Origin: Takakia lepidozioides
Taxonomy: Eukaryota; Plantae; Bryophyta
Assembly: GCA_030704615.1 (NCBI GenBank)
Contig: CM060731.1
Location: 94,364,001-94,428,000, forward strand
Direction of reading: 5' to 3'
DNA: 64,000 nucleotides
In this document: positions 13,441-26,619 of the stretch, one piece after another
Layout of the letters: every line of letters starts with the position of its first letter
Numbering within the stretch: the stretch's first letter is position 1
Position numbers and translations under genes: made by a program
The notes under the pieces: model-generated
Database searches by the model: none
Told to the model about the DNA's origin: nothing
Seen by the model: the letters and a program-made list of their open reading frames with translations, nothing else

Positions 13441-16400
13441 TCAATGACGGAAATGACGGACGCCAGTGAGGAGCATAGCAACGCCATACTTATTGCAGCA
13501 ATCAATAGCATCCTGATCCCGCATGCTTCCTCCTGGTTGTGCTATCACCTTCACCCCTGCCTTGCAGGCCTCCTCAACAGCATCATTCCAGGCTGTGCGA
13601 ACCGTACCACAAACGTTGATTCAGGTTGAGGAGTTTCCAGCAAGACTGCTAGCAAATCCCAATCGTCACCCTGAGACATTGGTTCACAGTTGAAGGTCCC
13701 CCGCCAGATCAGAAAGAATGCACTTACTAGACTGCCTGCCACAAAAGACATCCAGAACATGGACAAAGCATAGAAAAATAAATCATCAGGAGCTGCTGCA
13801 CGGTTGAGATTATTAACACTCTGCAAATAACTCCTGGTGAGAGTCTCACCAAATGGAAAGAAAGTATCACTAGCAAGAGCAGCACCCTTGGCTGCCTCAC
13901 CCGCCTTTTCAAGTGCTATTTGCAAACTCTTCACTCGGTTAGGTTGACCACTCCCCATCCCCAGCATTCTGTTATCCTGCCAATGCAACAAAACAAACAT
14001 GAAGAAACATGATATATATTCAAGCCCACGGGAGGCCAAGAGGGCCTATGAAACAGATCATGTCAAGCAATACAGAAAGATTCTAAGCAGGAGCCATATG
14101 GTTGCTTAGAGAAGATATAGGCATTCAGGTCGGGTCATCACATGCAAACTATTTAGGTGCTTCGTCTACTACTACTTCAATGGCATCCAAACCGGCACAC
14201 ATGTATGCCCTTAGGATATACACTGACTATGGAGAAAGGGGGAGGGGCAGAGGAGCCAGAGCAAAAGGTTAGTCAAACTGCACATCCCATCAATGACTTC
14301 ATAGCATTTTGACAAACTGGGAAGAACAAATGCACCTTGGCCACAACAGTTGCATTGCTTTTCACGTGCTTGACACAAAGCCATGCAAACCGTACATCAT
14401 CCACTTGCTCCAGAGAAGGGACCCCGATGCTAACTACATCAGAACCAAGATCATCTGGAGTGAGATCATCAGCCTCCTGTAGCAACCATCCACCACCAAC
14501 CTGTCGCAGTGAGCACCTCCCTCTTGTGCTTTCTTGGGCTTCCAAAATGCGCAGTGTCTTGGATTTTCCCTTGAGCAACTCAAGCCCCTTTTCTGTGTAC
14601 TTGGGGGCAATTACAATCTCATAGAACATGCGGGTCTCACCATCTATTGGGCTCCGAAATTCTCGTATCTCATGGGCAAGGGTCTGATGGAAAGTAACAA
14701 ACAACTATCAAGGAGACATCCAACCTTTCCATTTCCTCCTCGGTCCCTCAGACAAGCTAGTGCATAACCTTACATTCTACTTGAGACGCACCCCCTGTTG
14801 CCACCCACACACACATTCTATGTGAGTGTGTGTATAACAAGACAGTTGATCATAGTACGAAACATAAAAAGAGAGACATTACCTCGTCCACCTCCACATT
14901 GAAGGCGACAATGCCCCCAAACGCGCTGACAGGATCAGCCCTGACTGCAAGGCGGTAGGCTTCCAGGAGATCAGTGTTTGGCCCAATGGAGGCGACCCCA
15001 CAAGGGTTGGTGTGCTTCACCACCACACATGTGGGATTACTGAACTCACATACGCAGTTCCAAGCAGCATCAGCGTCCAGATAATTGTTATATGACATTT
15101 CCTGCATGCAATACTGTTCAATGAATAACATTCTTCACCAACTCTTAGCATGTGTCCAAAACTCATATGGAAGCTAATGAAGCTGACATGGCCAACTAAA
15201 GTAAGTCAGCGATCACACTTTTCAAATTTATTCTGAGCCTCATGGATTAATACCTTGCCATAGTGCTGCACAGCTGTGGCAATGCCTCCTCCGCCAACTC
15301 CAGCCGGTGACCTATCTCCATAGAATGCTGCTCGTTGGTGTGGGTTCTCACCATACCTTAAGGATGACTTTAAAATGAGAGGCACAGTCAAGCTCGTAGG
15401 AAACTCCTGTTTGCCTGCTGAATCTGTAGACACACAAAGCAGATTTGAACCTCTTCCCTACATACCTCCAACTTTGAACTGCAGGGCTTTAAAAAAGGAC
15501 TCTGGAACCGGCAATACAACAAGGAAACAATTCAGCAATTAAACGACAGAGCTAGACCACAAGTCAATGGCTATCAACCTACGATCACACTTCACAGCAC
15601 TATAAATGCTGAAATATTTACAGAATTCACTGTTCAAACTGTGGATTGTTCACTGTTCAACATTCTCTACAATCAATCAAAGTTCAAGCTGAAGTGACAA
15701 ATGTTTGAGTCGGATGATAACTCCCTCATCATCAAACTTACAAACGATCAACAAATGGTGTTGCATGACAGAAGGGATATGCACTCAATAACCATTCACT
15801 CAAAGATGTCCCTTGAAAAGTATAGTCCCAAGCACTATACTCTTCCCTCGTAGTATGTGAGGGAGGGGGTGGTGGTCTCCCAACAGTAAGCACCATTTCC
15901 AAAAGGTATGTGCTACAAGAGCCACATTTGCTACTTCATAGCAATGTCAAGCATAAGCTGGTTCAGAGGGTGCAAATGTGTCAAGGAAATAGATAGCTAG
16001 GCACTCCATACATTATCTCACAAAAGTGACGTGTAACACTTGAATACCCATAGCAATAGGTCCCATTTACAAGCCCTCAGCTTGTGGATAATATTCACAC
16101 GTCAGCCTGACAACGAAGAAATCTTGAAGCAAAGAAGACAACAGTGAAGTGAAGTTCGAGTGTTGACTATTACAAATGCCATGCTGTGGCAAGGGCTTAC
16201 TGTAATATGGTTTAAGGCGATGGGAGCAGAAGTACAATGTTTATCTTCTAGTAGCACCTGCATGTTTGGCTTCATTGCTCATTGTGAACAAAGTCTACTT
16301 TCTAATGAGCCTGGACAAGCACTGGTGTTGACAGAAACCTTGTTATTATGGGTATACTAGCAACAAAGCATGCAGTGATAGATAATTCATGACTTACGAT

Positions 16401-19400
16401 GTTGCATATTGTCCAGATTTGGTGCAATATTACAGAGCATTTGAATGCACATCAGGGTGCTCATAGAGCCTGGATGGTTAACTGGCTTGTAGCCATACTG
16501 CAGCAGCAAGGTAAGTGCTCCTTCAGCTTTCAAAAGATATCAAGAGGATGCTTCACAGAGGGGTTGCCACCGTGCTGTAAAGGAGTTCGAACGAGATTTG
16601 GCTTATTTCCAGTTCCCATTAGGTAATAAATGGAGTATTTAGGTTAAACACTTAGGGCAAACCCTGATGGGTACCTCCGCTTACCCTGACCATTCTGGAC
16701 AGATTTCTCAGCACAATAACCGTCTCTTAAGTCCTCGATGAAGGACTTCAAGGCGGGAGGGAGGGAGGGGGGGAGAGAGAGAGAGGTAATTACGTCCATG
16801 GGTAGAGAAGAAAGAAATCACACGGGCCCCGTGGGACAAAGAAGAACAAGCAAATCACATCAAAACATAGAGTCTTCGCCAAAACCCACCTTTGGTACTA
16901 GTTTGCTTCCAAAACCACTCAGCAACAGGTGAGTCATAGGAAGCCACATGCTGAAAGGCCTTCCATACCAGCTTCCTTCGAAAACTTTCAGTGTCACCCT
17001 TACCCTGCAGGTTTGCTAACAATGCTGCATAATCGGCTGGGTCCACTACCACAAACACATCCCTGTGATTCTGTACCCCACAATTGCTCACAATCTTTAG
17101 TTTACATAAGGTGAATTCCTTTCAATGCTGACAAATCCAGACAACCAAGAAAGCTCTCATCACTGGGTCAAGTACATGTAGACTACAGACCGGAGTTTGC
17201 GTTTTGTATGATGCACGTTTTGTTCATGGTTTAGCAGAAGTTTCAATCCATATCTCTCTACAACACATAACTTGGTTAGAAACCTGGTCATAATTAAGGA
17301 TCCAATCAGGCTGTGCGGTGTCTTGGGGTACACAGTATTCCAAAAAAATATTTGTGCAAAGATTAGGTGCTATGTAAGGAAATCCCTGTAAATGTCAGTC
17401 CATACAGTCTCAAATAGAAGAGGTATGAAGCTAGTGCACAATTTTCAAAGGCTCAGAAGATTATGAGATTTCACAGTCAATGCGCCTCATCTTCGGGAAA
17501 AAATTTCATCACAGCCCTCTGACAAACTTTAACCTGTTAAGTCCTAAGCCATTTTCCACCTTGTACTGCAAATTCATGACCTCAAACCACTATATCTTCT
17601 ACCAATTTGAGATTACAAAAATGGACCATTACATTATGTTCCAAACTACCTCCATTGGAAAGGTCTCACTAAGGACTACAATATTGTCTTTTACTGCAGG
17701 AGCAGAGAGCTCAAAGATCTCGCAGTTTGAAGAAAGTGCTTCACCCTATTTTAGGTTGATTAGGACTTAAGCGGTAAAGGCTTTTTGGTCTTGTCCAAGT
17801 ATTACTCTTAAAGTCTTCAGCGAACACCTATGCATAGGCTCAGAAGATTGCGAGATTTCACAGGCAATGAATGTGCCTCACCTTCAGGAAAAACATTCAT
17901 CACAGCCTCTGACAAACGTTACCAGCCAATTCTGTTTGGTCTGTCAAAGTATTACCCTAAAACTTTTCAGTGCAAACCCATACAACCTATAAAGATTCCC
18001 TGGAAAAGATGCAAACATAACTGAAGAGTCCAATTGGTTTGAAGAGGGTAAACTCCCTATCTTACCTTTGCAGCAGCCCTACTAATTGCAGGACCTCCAA
18101 TGTCAATGTTTTCCAACCCATGGTCAAAAGATGCTCCTTCTCGAGTCGTAACTGTGCTGTAAAAAGGGTAGAGATTCACTACCACCACGTCAATTGCCCC
18201 TGCCCTTGCATACGCCACGAATCCACACAAAGGCCCCAACAATCAGTATCATACAGCTTATGGAGCCACTTTTTATAGATATTCCCAGAGTGTTTTCCTA
18301 TCCAGGTACTACTGACCTGGTTCTGTGCTTCCTAGACCTGGCAGCACTTGTACTCAACAAACAGAAAATCCTGGATGCAGGCAATCTTGCCTAACTTTTG
18401 ATATATCCCTTCCCCTCTTGCAAATCTCTTTGGAAGGCCTGCAATTGGCTCCACTAACAAATCCATCAATCCATGACTAAAGACTCACCAATTCCATGTT
18501 GCTGGAGTGCATCTATGTGGGGTTGCAGATCTCATCTTGCAAGTATGCCTCCATGCACTGCTGGGTGCAAGGTCTTGACTCGCCCATCCAACTGGCATCC
18601 ACTCCCCTCCAAAGATTTCAGAAGATTGCCCCATCTACAGAGTCTAGCATCATAATGGTTGAGTCCCCACCATTTGGTTGCAAACGACCATAATCATCTG
18701 TCCATAAATGAGTTAAGTGTGACTCCATACAGGATGTATCCCAAGACAGAGCAATTAAGCTGGACCAATCGAGGAATGAAGGTGTCCACAGTTCAATTTA
18801 CTGCTTTACCACTTGATTTAAGCCAAAACACCGTCCTGCCTGCACACTTTGCCAACCTCTTTCTTCCTCCATGTCACAAACCTTTCCTACCATGTAGAGT
18901 GATTGCTATTAGATTCTGCAGATCTGTCCTGAACCTCATAGTAGATGCTCAGTTTTCTACTAGCACTAATATAAAAATAGAAGGTGCCCCTCATGCTGTC
19001 ATCACCCATCTACAACAAAATCAAAGTGAATACTTGCATGTACCAGCACCTCACTTACCCCAGATCAGTAAGGCCTTGTGCAAGAACATCGACATCCTGC
19101 TTGTCTGACAAGGACAGTAGGGCTTGCTTGGGTCCTGAATTGAATTCCCAGTTCAGAATTCTACTGATAAACAGTAAAAGGATATTCTAAGAGAGGAAGA
19201 AGGCATGACAAGGTACTACTCTCCCTAAGCAAGACTACTACAGACACACATTAGGCCGTACCGTAAATTTAGGCAAAAAATAGTGTCAGCAAAGGGTGAT
19301 AGATGGCACAATTCCAGTGGTTAAATTGGAGGAGCACTTCATATCCATATACTCCTGATCAGACAGTGGTTTTCTTGTTCCAAAACAAAGGACCAATAAG

Positions 19401-20106
19401 ACAGTGCTAGGTTAGACATCCTCACAAACTGTGTATACAACACATTCACTCGGGTGTTAATACCCCTGAAAAATCCTCGAGTAGATTGTTTGATAAGCAA
19501 TGAAATTTTTAGCCTGGGTTTGTTCATTGGTAGCCACTGGATCGCAATATACGAGTACGTGGGAGTCGAACCCTGGTTTTGTGCACAGTGCTCTACCCCT
19601 CTCACGGAAACAGACATCACAATTTGTAGTAGTGCGTGACTGCAGAACTGGAACCCGAATTCGGGTTTCTTACCAACATCACCGTAAAATTATTCCGAAG
19701 GAATCTGCTGGACGAATCATAAGTTGCAGCATGTCCGAGGCAGTTCATCGGAGGTAGTTAAAATCCCCAGCCACACGTGAACAACATAACCCGGATGTGA
19801 ATCCTCAATGCAGCGTACTGCCCTAATTGAGGCTCCGCAAACAGAACTCTTTCGTAAACCGACCTGTCAGTGAGACATCCGCTGATACTGAGGTGGCAGT
19901 TGCAGCTCCTGGAGATACACCAGCTGCAGCTGACATAGCTCGAAAACTCACAGCTTTCAACGCCAACTGCCGCTTACCAACAATCCCCCACTGGTGAGAA
20001 AAAGCTGGAGATGGCGGGGAAAAAATTCAACAACACGTAGGGATTGGAATGTGGATTGCAAGGAGAGCGATCCAGTAGAAGGGAGCGCCGATGAAACCAT
20101 GGCCAT
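13441..20106 (-). pseudogene. purH: Bifunctional AICAR transformylase/IMP cyclohydrolase, plastid-targeted, multi-exon and apparently disrupted
   Basis: GT-AG-bounded exons encode KQALLSLSDK (~19057-19135), LDGRVKTLHPAVHGGILA (~18490-18591), [16 protein letters not shown] (~18066-18200), KAFQHVASYD (~16890-17070), LRYGENPHQ (~15253-15416), [18 protein letters not shown] (~14883-15101), HVKSNA (~14336-14683), GQPNRV..ASD (~13848-13976) and [15 protein letters not shown] (13441-13592). In-frame TGA at 18532-18534; frameshift in the transit-peptide exon. Confidence 0.93.
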
Positions 20107-20140
20107 CGCCCAGCACCGCGCAACCGACAACAATGTCACC

Positions 20141-20154
20141 GGGTTTAGGGTTTA
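20141..20154 (-). promoter_or_regulatory. Telo-box-like motif just upstream of the purH start
   Basis: TAAACCCTAAACCC on the - strand, about 35 nt 5' of the ATG. Confidence 0.5.
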
Positions 20155-20999
20155 ACGATGCTATTCCTTTCTTTCTTTCTTTTCTTTTTTTTTTAGCAAC
20201 AGGGGATAGGCAGTAGCCGGATTCTTAATTTCGATGGCGGAGCCTTGCGAGAGCTCCGCGTTTCGCGGTAAGAGAGAGAGCACGCCCAACGGTTGGCTAT
20301 GGCGTGAGCTCCCCCTCGGCAAGCTGCTTCCCCTTCCGACCTTCCGGTCTGCTCAATCTTTACCTGCATTTCAGAAGCAGATAAAGACGCCTACACCTGT
20401 CACCCCATCAACCTTTTCGAAGAAATGCCGTCCTCAACTCGTCCTCTTTTCCTGTCCGGTCTGATGTGACTGCTGAGCCTAAGGACGAATGTTCCTTTCA
20501 TCCCCTCCTTCATTCGCTTATCTCATAATTTCCTTATGATTTCCAGGCAAGCCTCTTAACTCACAGCCGTCAAGCAGTCTTGTTTTCAACTCCATCGCGC
20601 CCACTTGTAACCTCGTATCCTTCACAGCTACCTGGCAAACACCAAAAACCCCCTTCTTCCTGTCGGACAGTGATGGTAATACATCGATGCATGATCCACC
20701 CTTTAATTCCCACACTTGAACTTTTCCTCCCCTCCCCACCTCGCGCGCCCCTTGGCACACTGTCCAAGCGAGGCAGGCCATCTACCCCCCGCGTCATTGG
20801 CTGCAGCCATCTTCTGGTACTGGCTTCTTCCAAGCCCATCAAGCTCAAGCGATGGGAGCCCGCCCATGGGCTCCTCTGGCTTCTGGGTCTAGATCTCCAA
20901 ACCGCCAGCTCGAGAATGCTCCAACTACCCCACCGGAAGGCCTATTCACTTAGGAATTTCAGGAGTTCCAGGTTTCTAGCCCTCCTACATCCTCTGCTC

Positions 21000-22907
21000 T
21001 CAAAGATCTTGAAGAAGGAGTGACTGATCACATGGAGAGTGCTTCGGACCTGCAGGCCAAAACCCACCCCCTCGTTGATTTGGATTTCGCGCACATTGAT
21101 GGCTCGGTGGCGGAATTTCAGGAAAAAGGGGTCTTGCTTGCATTTCCCTGGTCGGAAAGTTAACAGGGCTGGGCCATTAAACACCTAGGGGGCTCCGGTG
21201 TTCTCAAACAACATTTTTGCCATTCAAGAGGAAGGGGGTTTTTCTCCATATTGTTGGAATCCAAAGAAGCTGCTGAGAAGGCCTTGTCCCTCAACCCCCA
21301 TCTATTGGGATTCAACGTGAATATCTTCCCCTAGTCTAAAGCAATGGAGAACAAAAATGGTAAAATTTGGAGCCCGCGAATTATTGCTCTGCCCTACATC
21401 CCAGATCAATACCTCTCCAATCTCCCCGCAATAGGTGATTTTCTTGGAGATTACTTGGGTTGCATGGCGGTCTTTGACCCAGAGCTCTGTTCCACTGCCC
21501 CCAAGAACACCCCCTTTGGAATGGGAAAGGGGTCTCTATTGCTTCAAGGGTTCATGAGACAGGTTTTGCCAAAATAGTGGTAATGATGCCAGAAGATGCA
21601 ACCCTTCCAGAGTTTATCAGGCTTCCAATTGACAAAAACGGGAATTATATTAAACTTTCTGAGGATACATTATCAACAACGTGCTATTTCTGCGGGCAAG
21701 CTGGTCATCTCAAATCCAAGTGTCCTAAGCTCAAGCGAAAAAGATCATCCCCTAGCGAGGCTGCTGGCTCTCCTCCTCCTATGCACAATCAAAATCTACT
21801 AGTTGCGAGCTCCAGAGAGAGCATCCCTCTCCTCCCATCGCTCGTCTGGATCTGGCTCAGCCCCCGCCATCTCGCCCCCTGCGCCCGTCGGTGCCAATGG
21901 AATGGGACTCTGCGGCGTTCCTCACCTCGGCAAGCAATCATCCAAGGACAGAAAGACTTCACCTGGACCCCATGATGATAGAAGCAGGGATTTTTGGAAT
22001 CAGGCACCAGCTTCCGGTCGATGGACACTCCACTCAGTCTCCTCTAAGAGCTCAATTGCCAAGAATTAATGCAAAAAGACGCAAAACCTTCAGGCCTCAA
22101 GCTACCCCCCTCCCCCTTGCTATCAGAGCCTCCATTGCCTACAATCCTATAGTTGCCAGAACTTGCTTAAAATTGCAATCCTTCCCTTCTCTCGCTCTCA
22201 AAGGTTGTCCCCACAACCCCTCTCAGGCTGATCCCAAGTCCACCTGCATCACTCCCATGATTTACAGGCGACTTCCGTCTCCTTCCTTTCTTATCACAGC
22301 GAACAATGGAATCAATTCGGAGTCGCTCTGGATTATGGCAAATGACGTTGCCATATTCGTGGCAAAAAATCCGATTGACAGCAGCCCCATCCCAACTTTT
22401 CGCAACAAGATCAACAACTTTCTGCAGGCCCAGTTGCCTCATTTGGCTCTCCGCCCACACGTTGACATCACATGGGGAAGGTTCATTAAAGACAATCCAG
22501 GGCTGGGCTCCAATCTCTCCCCGTCAACCCAGATTCTTGCTATCATGGAGGAGAAGGAACTGCTAACTGCATGGCACTCATCCCAGGGTGATTGGATTTT
22601 TCCTGCCCCATTTGATCTGCCTGCGGCAGACAACTCAGTGAACAGGATGAGAGACATCTCTCAAAATGGTTTCACCATTCTGCATGCTATCGTAGAATCA
22701 GAGGTGCATAAAGAGAATGAGCAAATTGAGCGAGAAAGGCAGCTGGAGCACATCAACTACTCGCAATACAACACAGGATTGGACTCCTCCTCTAGCTCTT
22801 CCGATCTGCAACTTTCACACTTCTCATCACTCAAGGCCCCTCCATCTTCCGGTCACCTCACATGCTGCCTTCACCAACCCCCCCCCAGTTATCTCGGGGG
22901 AAATTGA
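21000..22907 (+). mobile_element. L1-type LINE ORF1 remnant (RRM-like region plus CCHC knuckle)
   Basis: GFFSILLESKEAAEKAL, LPAIGDFLGDYLG and CYFCGQAGHLKSKC, followed by Pro/Ser-rich sequence; frameshifted. Confidence 0.6.
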
Positions 22908-23269
22908 CTCCTCGCCCTTGGCTCTCCAATATGTTTCTCCATTGCACGCTGAGGAGCGACGCTACGGCGCTCACCGCTCACCAGGGGCTGACGTGGCATG
23001 AGCGCAGGCTGACGCACTGCGACGCTCACGCCACGTCGGCGTGAGCGGAGGCCACGTCAGTAAATGCCAGAGGATGGGCGGTCGAAGAAAGGGTACCTAT
23101 TCCCGTTGCACCTATATCCGTGGGAATAGGCATGTACAGTATGATGAAATTAGATCCCATTATGTAAGAAGAGCCCATGGCTTCAATGAATAGGTAGGAC
23201 TATAAACCGCCGACCTATGCTGCATATTGCATACAAGACCGTCCAAAGAATCCACCATCTTCAAATGCA

Positions 23270-24300
23270 TTCACCGTTTCTGCCCCATCCAACAGGCTCT
23301 TTTTGAGGTCTCTTCAGACAACAACAGAAAGCATGGAGGGTAATTGAAAGGGATTGCATGAATAGCAAAAATGGTGTGCTTCAAAGCACACCGTTTATGT
23401 CCCACCCTAAAGGCTCTTTTTGAGGTCTCTTCAGACAGCAATAGAAAGCATGGAGGGTACTTGAAATGGATTGAATATATAGCAGAAACGGTGTGCTTCG
23501 AAGCAGGCAAGATGGTGTGCGGCGCCGCACACCATTTTTCCAACCAACCACACCACACCACTTTCCTACATTGTTGTGAACCCCAAACAACAGCCCCCAT
23601 CACCTGCGCGGCCTTGCTTTTGTACTATGCATCCTCCACATCTTCCTCCATGTCCTCCGTATGGACCTCCTCTGTCTCTACAAGTGGGTTCTCGACAACC
23701 ACTCTCTGCATCTTCCCCAACAATGTTTCGACAAACGAGTATATATCCGGACTCCAGAGATGGTGTGCGGTGCCGCACACCACTTTCCTACATTGTTGTG
23801 AACCCCAAACAACTCCATTCCCACTCCATTCCTACCCTTCCAATTAAAGCACACATTCAGAAGGGAGCTTAAACGGTGTGTGGCGCCACAGACCGTTTGT
23901 GCATTCTTCTCTACCCCCTTCAACATTCCATGGAACCTTCTCTATGAGCTTGATGGGGTCCCCAATTCGGTGTTTTTCAATGGGCAGAAATGGTGTACGG
24001 CGCCGCACACCCTTCTTCCAACCAACCACCTGGGGGTAATATATATATATTTAATTTCCCCCCCCCCCCCCCCCCCCCTTGGTTGGTTGGGAAAAGGGTG
24101 TGCGGCGCCGCACACCCTTTTTCCAACCAACAAGGGGGAATTTAAAAACAAAAAAAATTCCGCACACCCATTTTCCAACCAACCAGGGGGGAATTTTAAG
24201 AAAAAAGTTTTTTCTTTTTTTCTTTTTTTCTTTTTTTTCCTGTGGTTGGTTGGAAAATGGGTGTGCGGTGCCGCCACGACACCGCAAACCTTTTTCGCCC
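23270..24300. repeat. Degenerate repeat cluster with palindromes GGTGTGCGG-NN-CCGCACACC
   Basis: Perfect 24-bp palindrome at 23512-23535; further copies at about 23761, 23875, 23991, 24097 and 24259; ~120-bp tandem duplication at 23270-23500. Confidence 0.85.
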
Positions 24301-24944
24301 ATTGAAAAACACAAATCCTGCAAGCTAAAGCAAGGGAATAAAACTGGCCTAACTGAGCACTTTCCACATTTTATGCGCAATGCTGAGCATAGTATCTGGA
24401 CTTCGGAGAGTCAAGTTCTTAACAAGACTAGCAGGGTTTATAAGATTCTCCATATCTCGGGAATTAGCTTCCAGTACTATAAGTTTGGTGTATATTTCTT
24501 CAAGCATAGCCCCGTACTACTACAGTTCTTGGGATGTTCATTTTCCCTTGCAACAATTTTTAGTTCTAGCTTGTCTTGAGGAAGTGATCATGTGATGCGA
24601 ACTTCAACATATGAGAGCTGCCATGAACTATCTATATTTTACTTTATGGAGTCTGCGTCATCTCCAACTAGGTCAGTGTTTCTCCTTACTGGAAATCAAG
24701 GTTCCTGCTCAAAAATACAACCTGTACACATATTGACACAAATGGGGACAAAAATTGCTCAAACCCATCCGTGTGGTTTAGAGCTATCTTTGAAGTCTAC
24801 AAATCAAGAACTCCAACTTGCCACTAGACCTCTTTTCCCCCAATTTCTCCTCTTAAATGTATCCACTGTCAAAATCACTGCAATCGGTAGTATCCTTGGT
24901 CAACTGTGCTCTTAATTTAACCTTGTCTATGACAAACAAGTCGT

Positions 24945-25182
24945 TCAGCACAGCTCAATATCTAGGTACACACTGATGCTAATGCTTAAGAGTTCATGGT
25001 AAAGCAATTTGCAGGCATAAGGGATTTGAATTTGCACGATTTGTTTGCCACTTTTGGAAAAACGGGACTTGGGTCTGCGTGTTGTATCCATGCTGGCTGG
25101 CAGCCGACATATCGTACATATGTTCAATTTGTAGGGATCGCTAACAAGAAAGTAACGTTCTTGCAGGGTAACTGGAGCTCCG
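24945..25182 (-). pseudogene. C-terminal fragment of an RNA polymerase second-largest subunit (NRPD2/NRPE2- or RPB2-like)
   Basis: HGA..TLQERYFLVSDPY..CTIC..IVQIQIPYACKLLYHELLSISI..LDIELC* matches the conserved RPB2-family C-terminus. Confidence 0.8.
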
Positions 25183-26619
25183 TGACCAGCGGTTATAGGT
25201 GCCATCCGCGGTAATAGGTATAGTACCTTCAAAAAACCCTAAGCCAGCCACCGCTCACGTGAGCACAGGCTCACGATCTAGCAACCCTCCACGCTGAGGG
25301 GAGACTTCTTCTGGCGGCTCCATTGCTGGACACTCCAACTCCCGCCATCCCTCTTTCTCCTGCTGTCCAAGTAAGCCCCCTATCCACCTCTATTCCATTC
25401 ATTATCTACTTTAAGTCTGATACTAACCCCAACAGATGTAGAGTCATATGTCTCCAGAACACCCATCCCTGCCTAGATCACTGGAAAATTCTTCTCTCTA
25501 TTCACTTCCCAGCCAATCAAGAAACCTTTTCCATGTTCATGGGGACCGGCCCCTTACCCTTAGACAACCCGATCTCCCTCAAACTCATCATTCTCTCCGA
25601 TTTTTTATGCAGCTCTCCGGCAGATCATGCTGCATCCATGCTCGTTGGATGGATCTGTGGTGGTTTGGGATGACTTTGACAAGTAGGGTTGGGTTGTTTG
25701 CTGGAAGAACTTTACGCCGTCAGTGTCAGCTGCTAGCAGCAAGGGTGAGGATGTATTCATGATTGTACACAAGCAGGGATAGCTGAAGGACCAGGGATAG
25801 AGGTCCAGATTCATCCAAGAGGGCCGGATTTCAAACAAGTTTAGGGTCTGATTCCCTGTGGATCAGTAGCTACAAGTGGGTAGATGGCCAACTGGAAACA
25901 GCAGTGGCAGCAGCACAATTGGTAGAACAAGGCACTGCTAATGAATGTACCTTCTTCAACACATCTCCTCATGTTTTTCCTTGCTATCAGAGTCGTCCCT
26001 ACATTTTCATGTTGAATTCTGCAAATTAGCTCGTTGGTGGATCTATGGTTGGAGAGTTAGTTTGGTCTTAGCAGGCCGTGTTTCAATCTCTGCCTGTTTT
26101 GTCGCAGCAGCATCGGCACAATTGATAAAATCAGGCACTGCTAATGAAGGCACCTTCTTCAACACATTTCACCCTGTTTTTTCATCTTATCAGAATCGGC
26201 CCTAAATTTTCGTGTTGAATTATGCAAGTTAGCTGGTTGAGTGAATGATACTGCCGATGTGACAACAAGAAAGTATCCAGAAACAGGTAACAAAGATTTT
26301 GAGAAGCTGTGGAATGAGTACTTTTTTTTTACCCCAGTCAATGGTGGGACAATCGAGGCAAAAAGGTGAATGCCTGTATAATTACAGAGAGTAGTAGACG
26401 CAATTCAGCATAGGAATGAGTTCGATAAGCTGAGTTGGGTGTCTCCTAGAACAAATGTAGGTTGTCATTGTCAGCTGCTAGCAGCAAGGCAACGATGAAT
26501 GCATGATTTGTGCAGAGCCATGGATAGCTGAAGGAGCAGGGATAGAGCGTGGATCCAAATTCATCCAAGAGGGCCAGATTTACCTTGTACAAGATTACCT
26601 ATGATTCCCTGTGGATCAA

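Noticed and set aside
18532-18534. U-to-C RNA editing rescuing the purH stop
   Set aside because: Such editing is organellar. This is a nuclear spliced gene with additional lesions.
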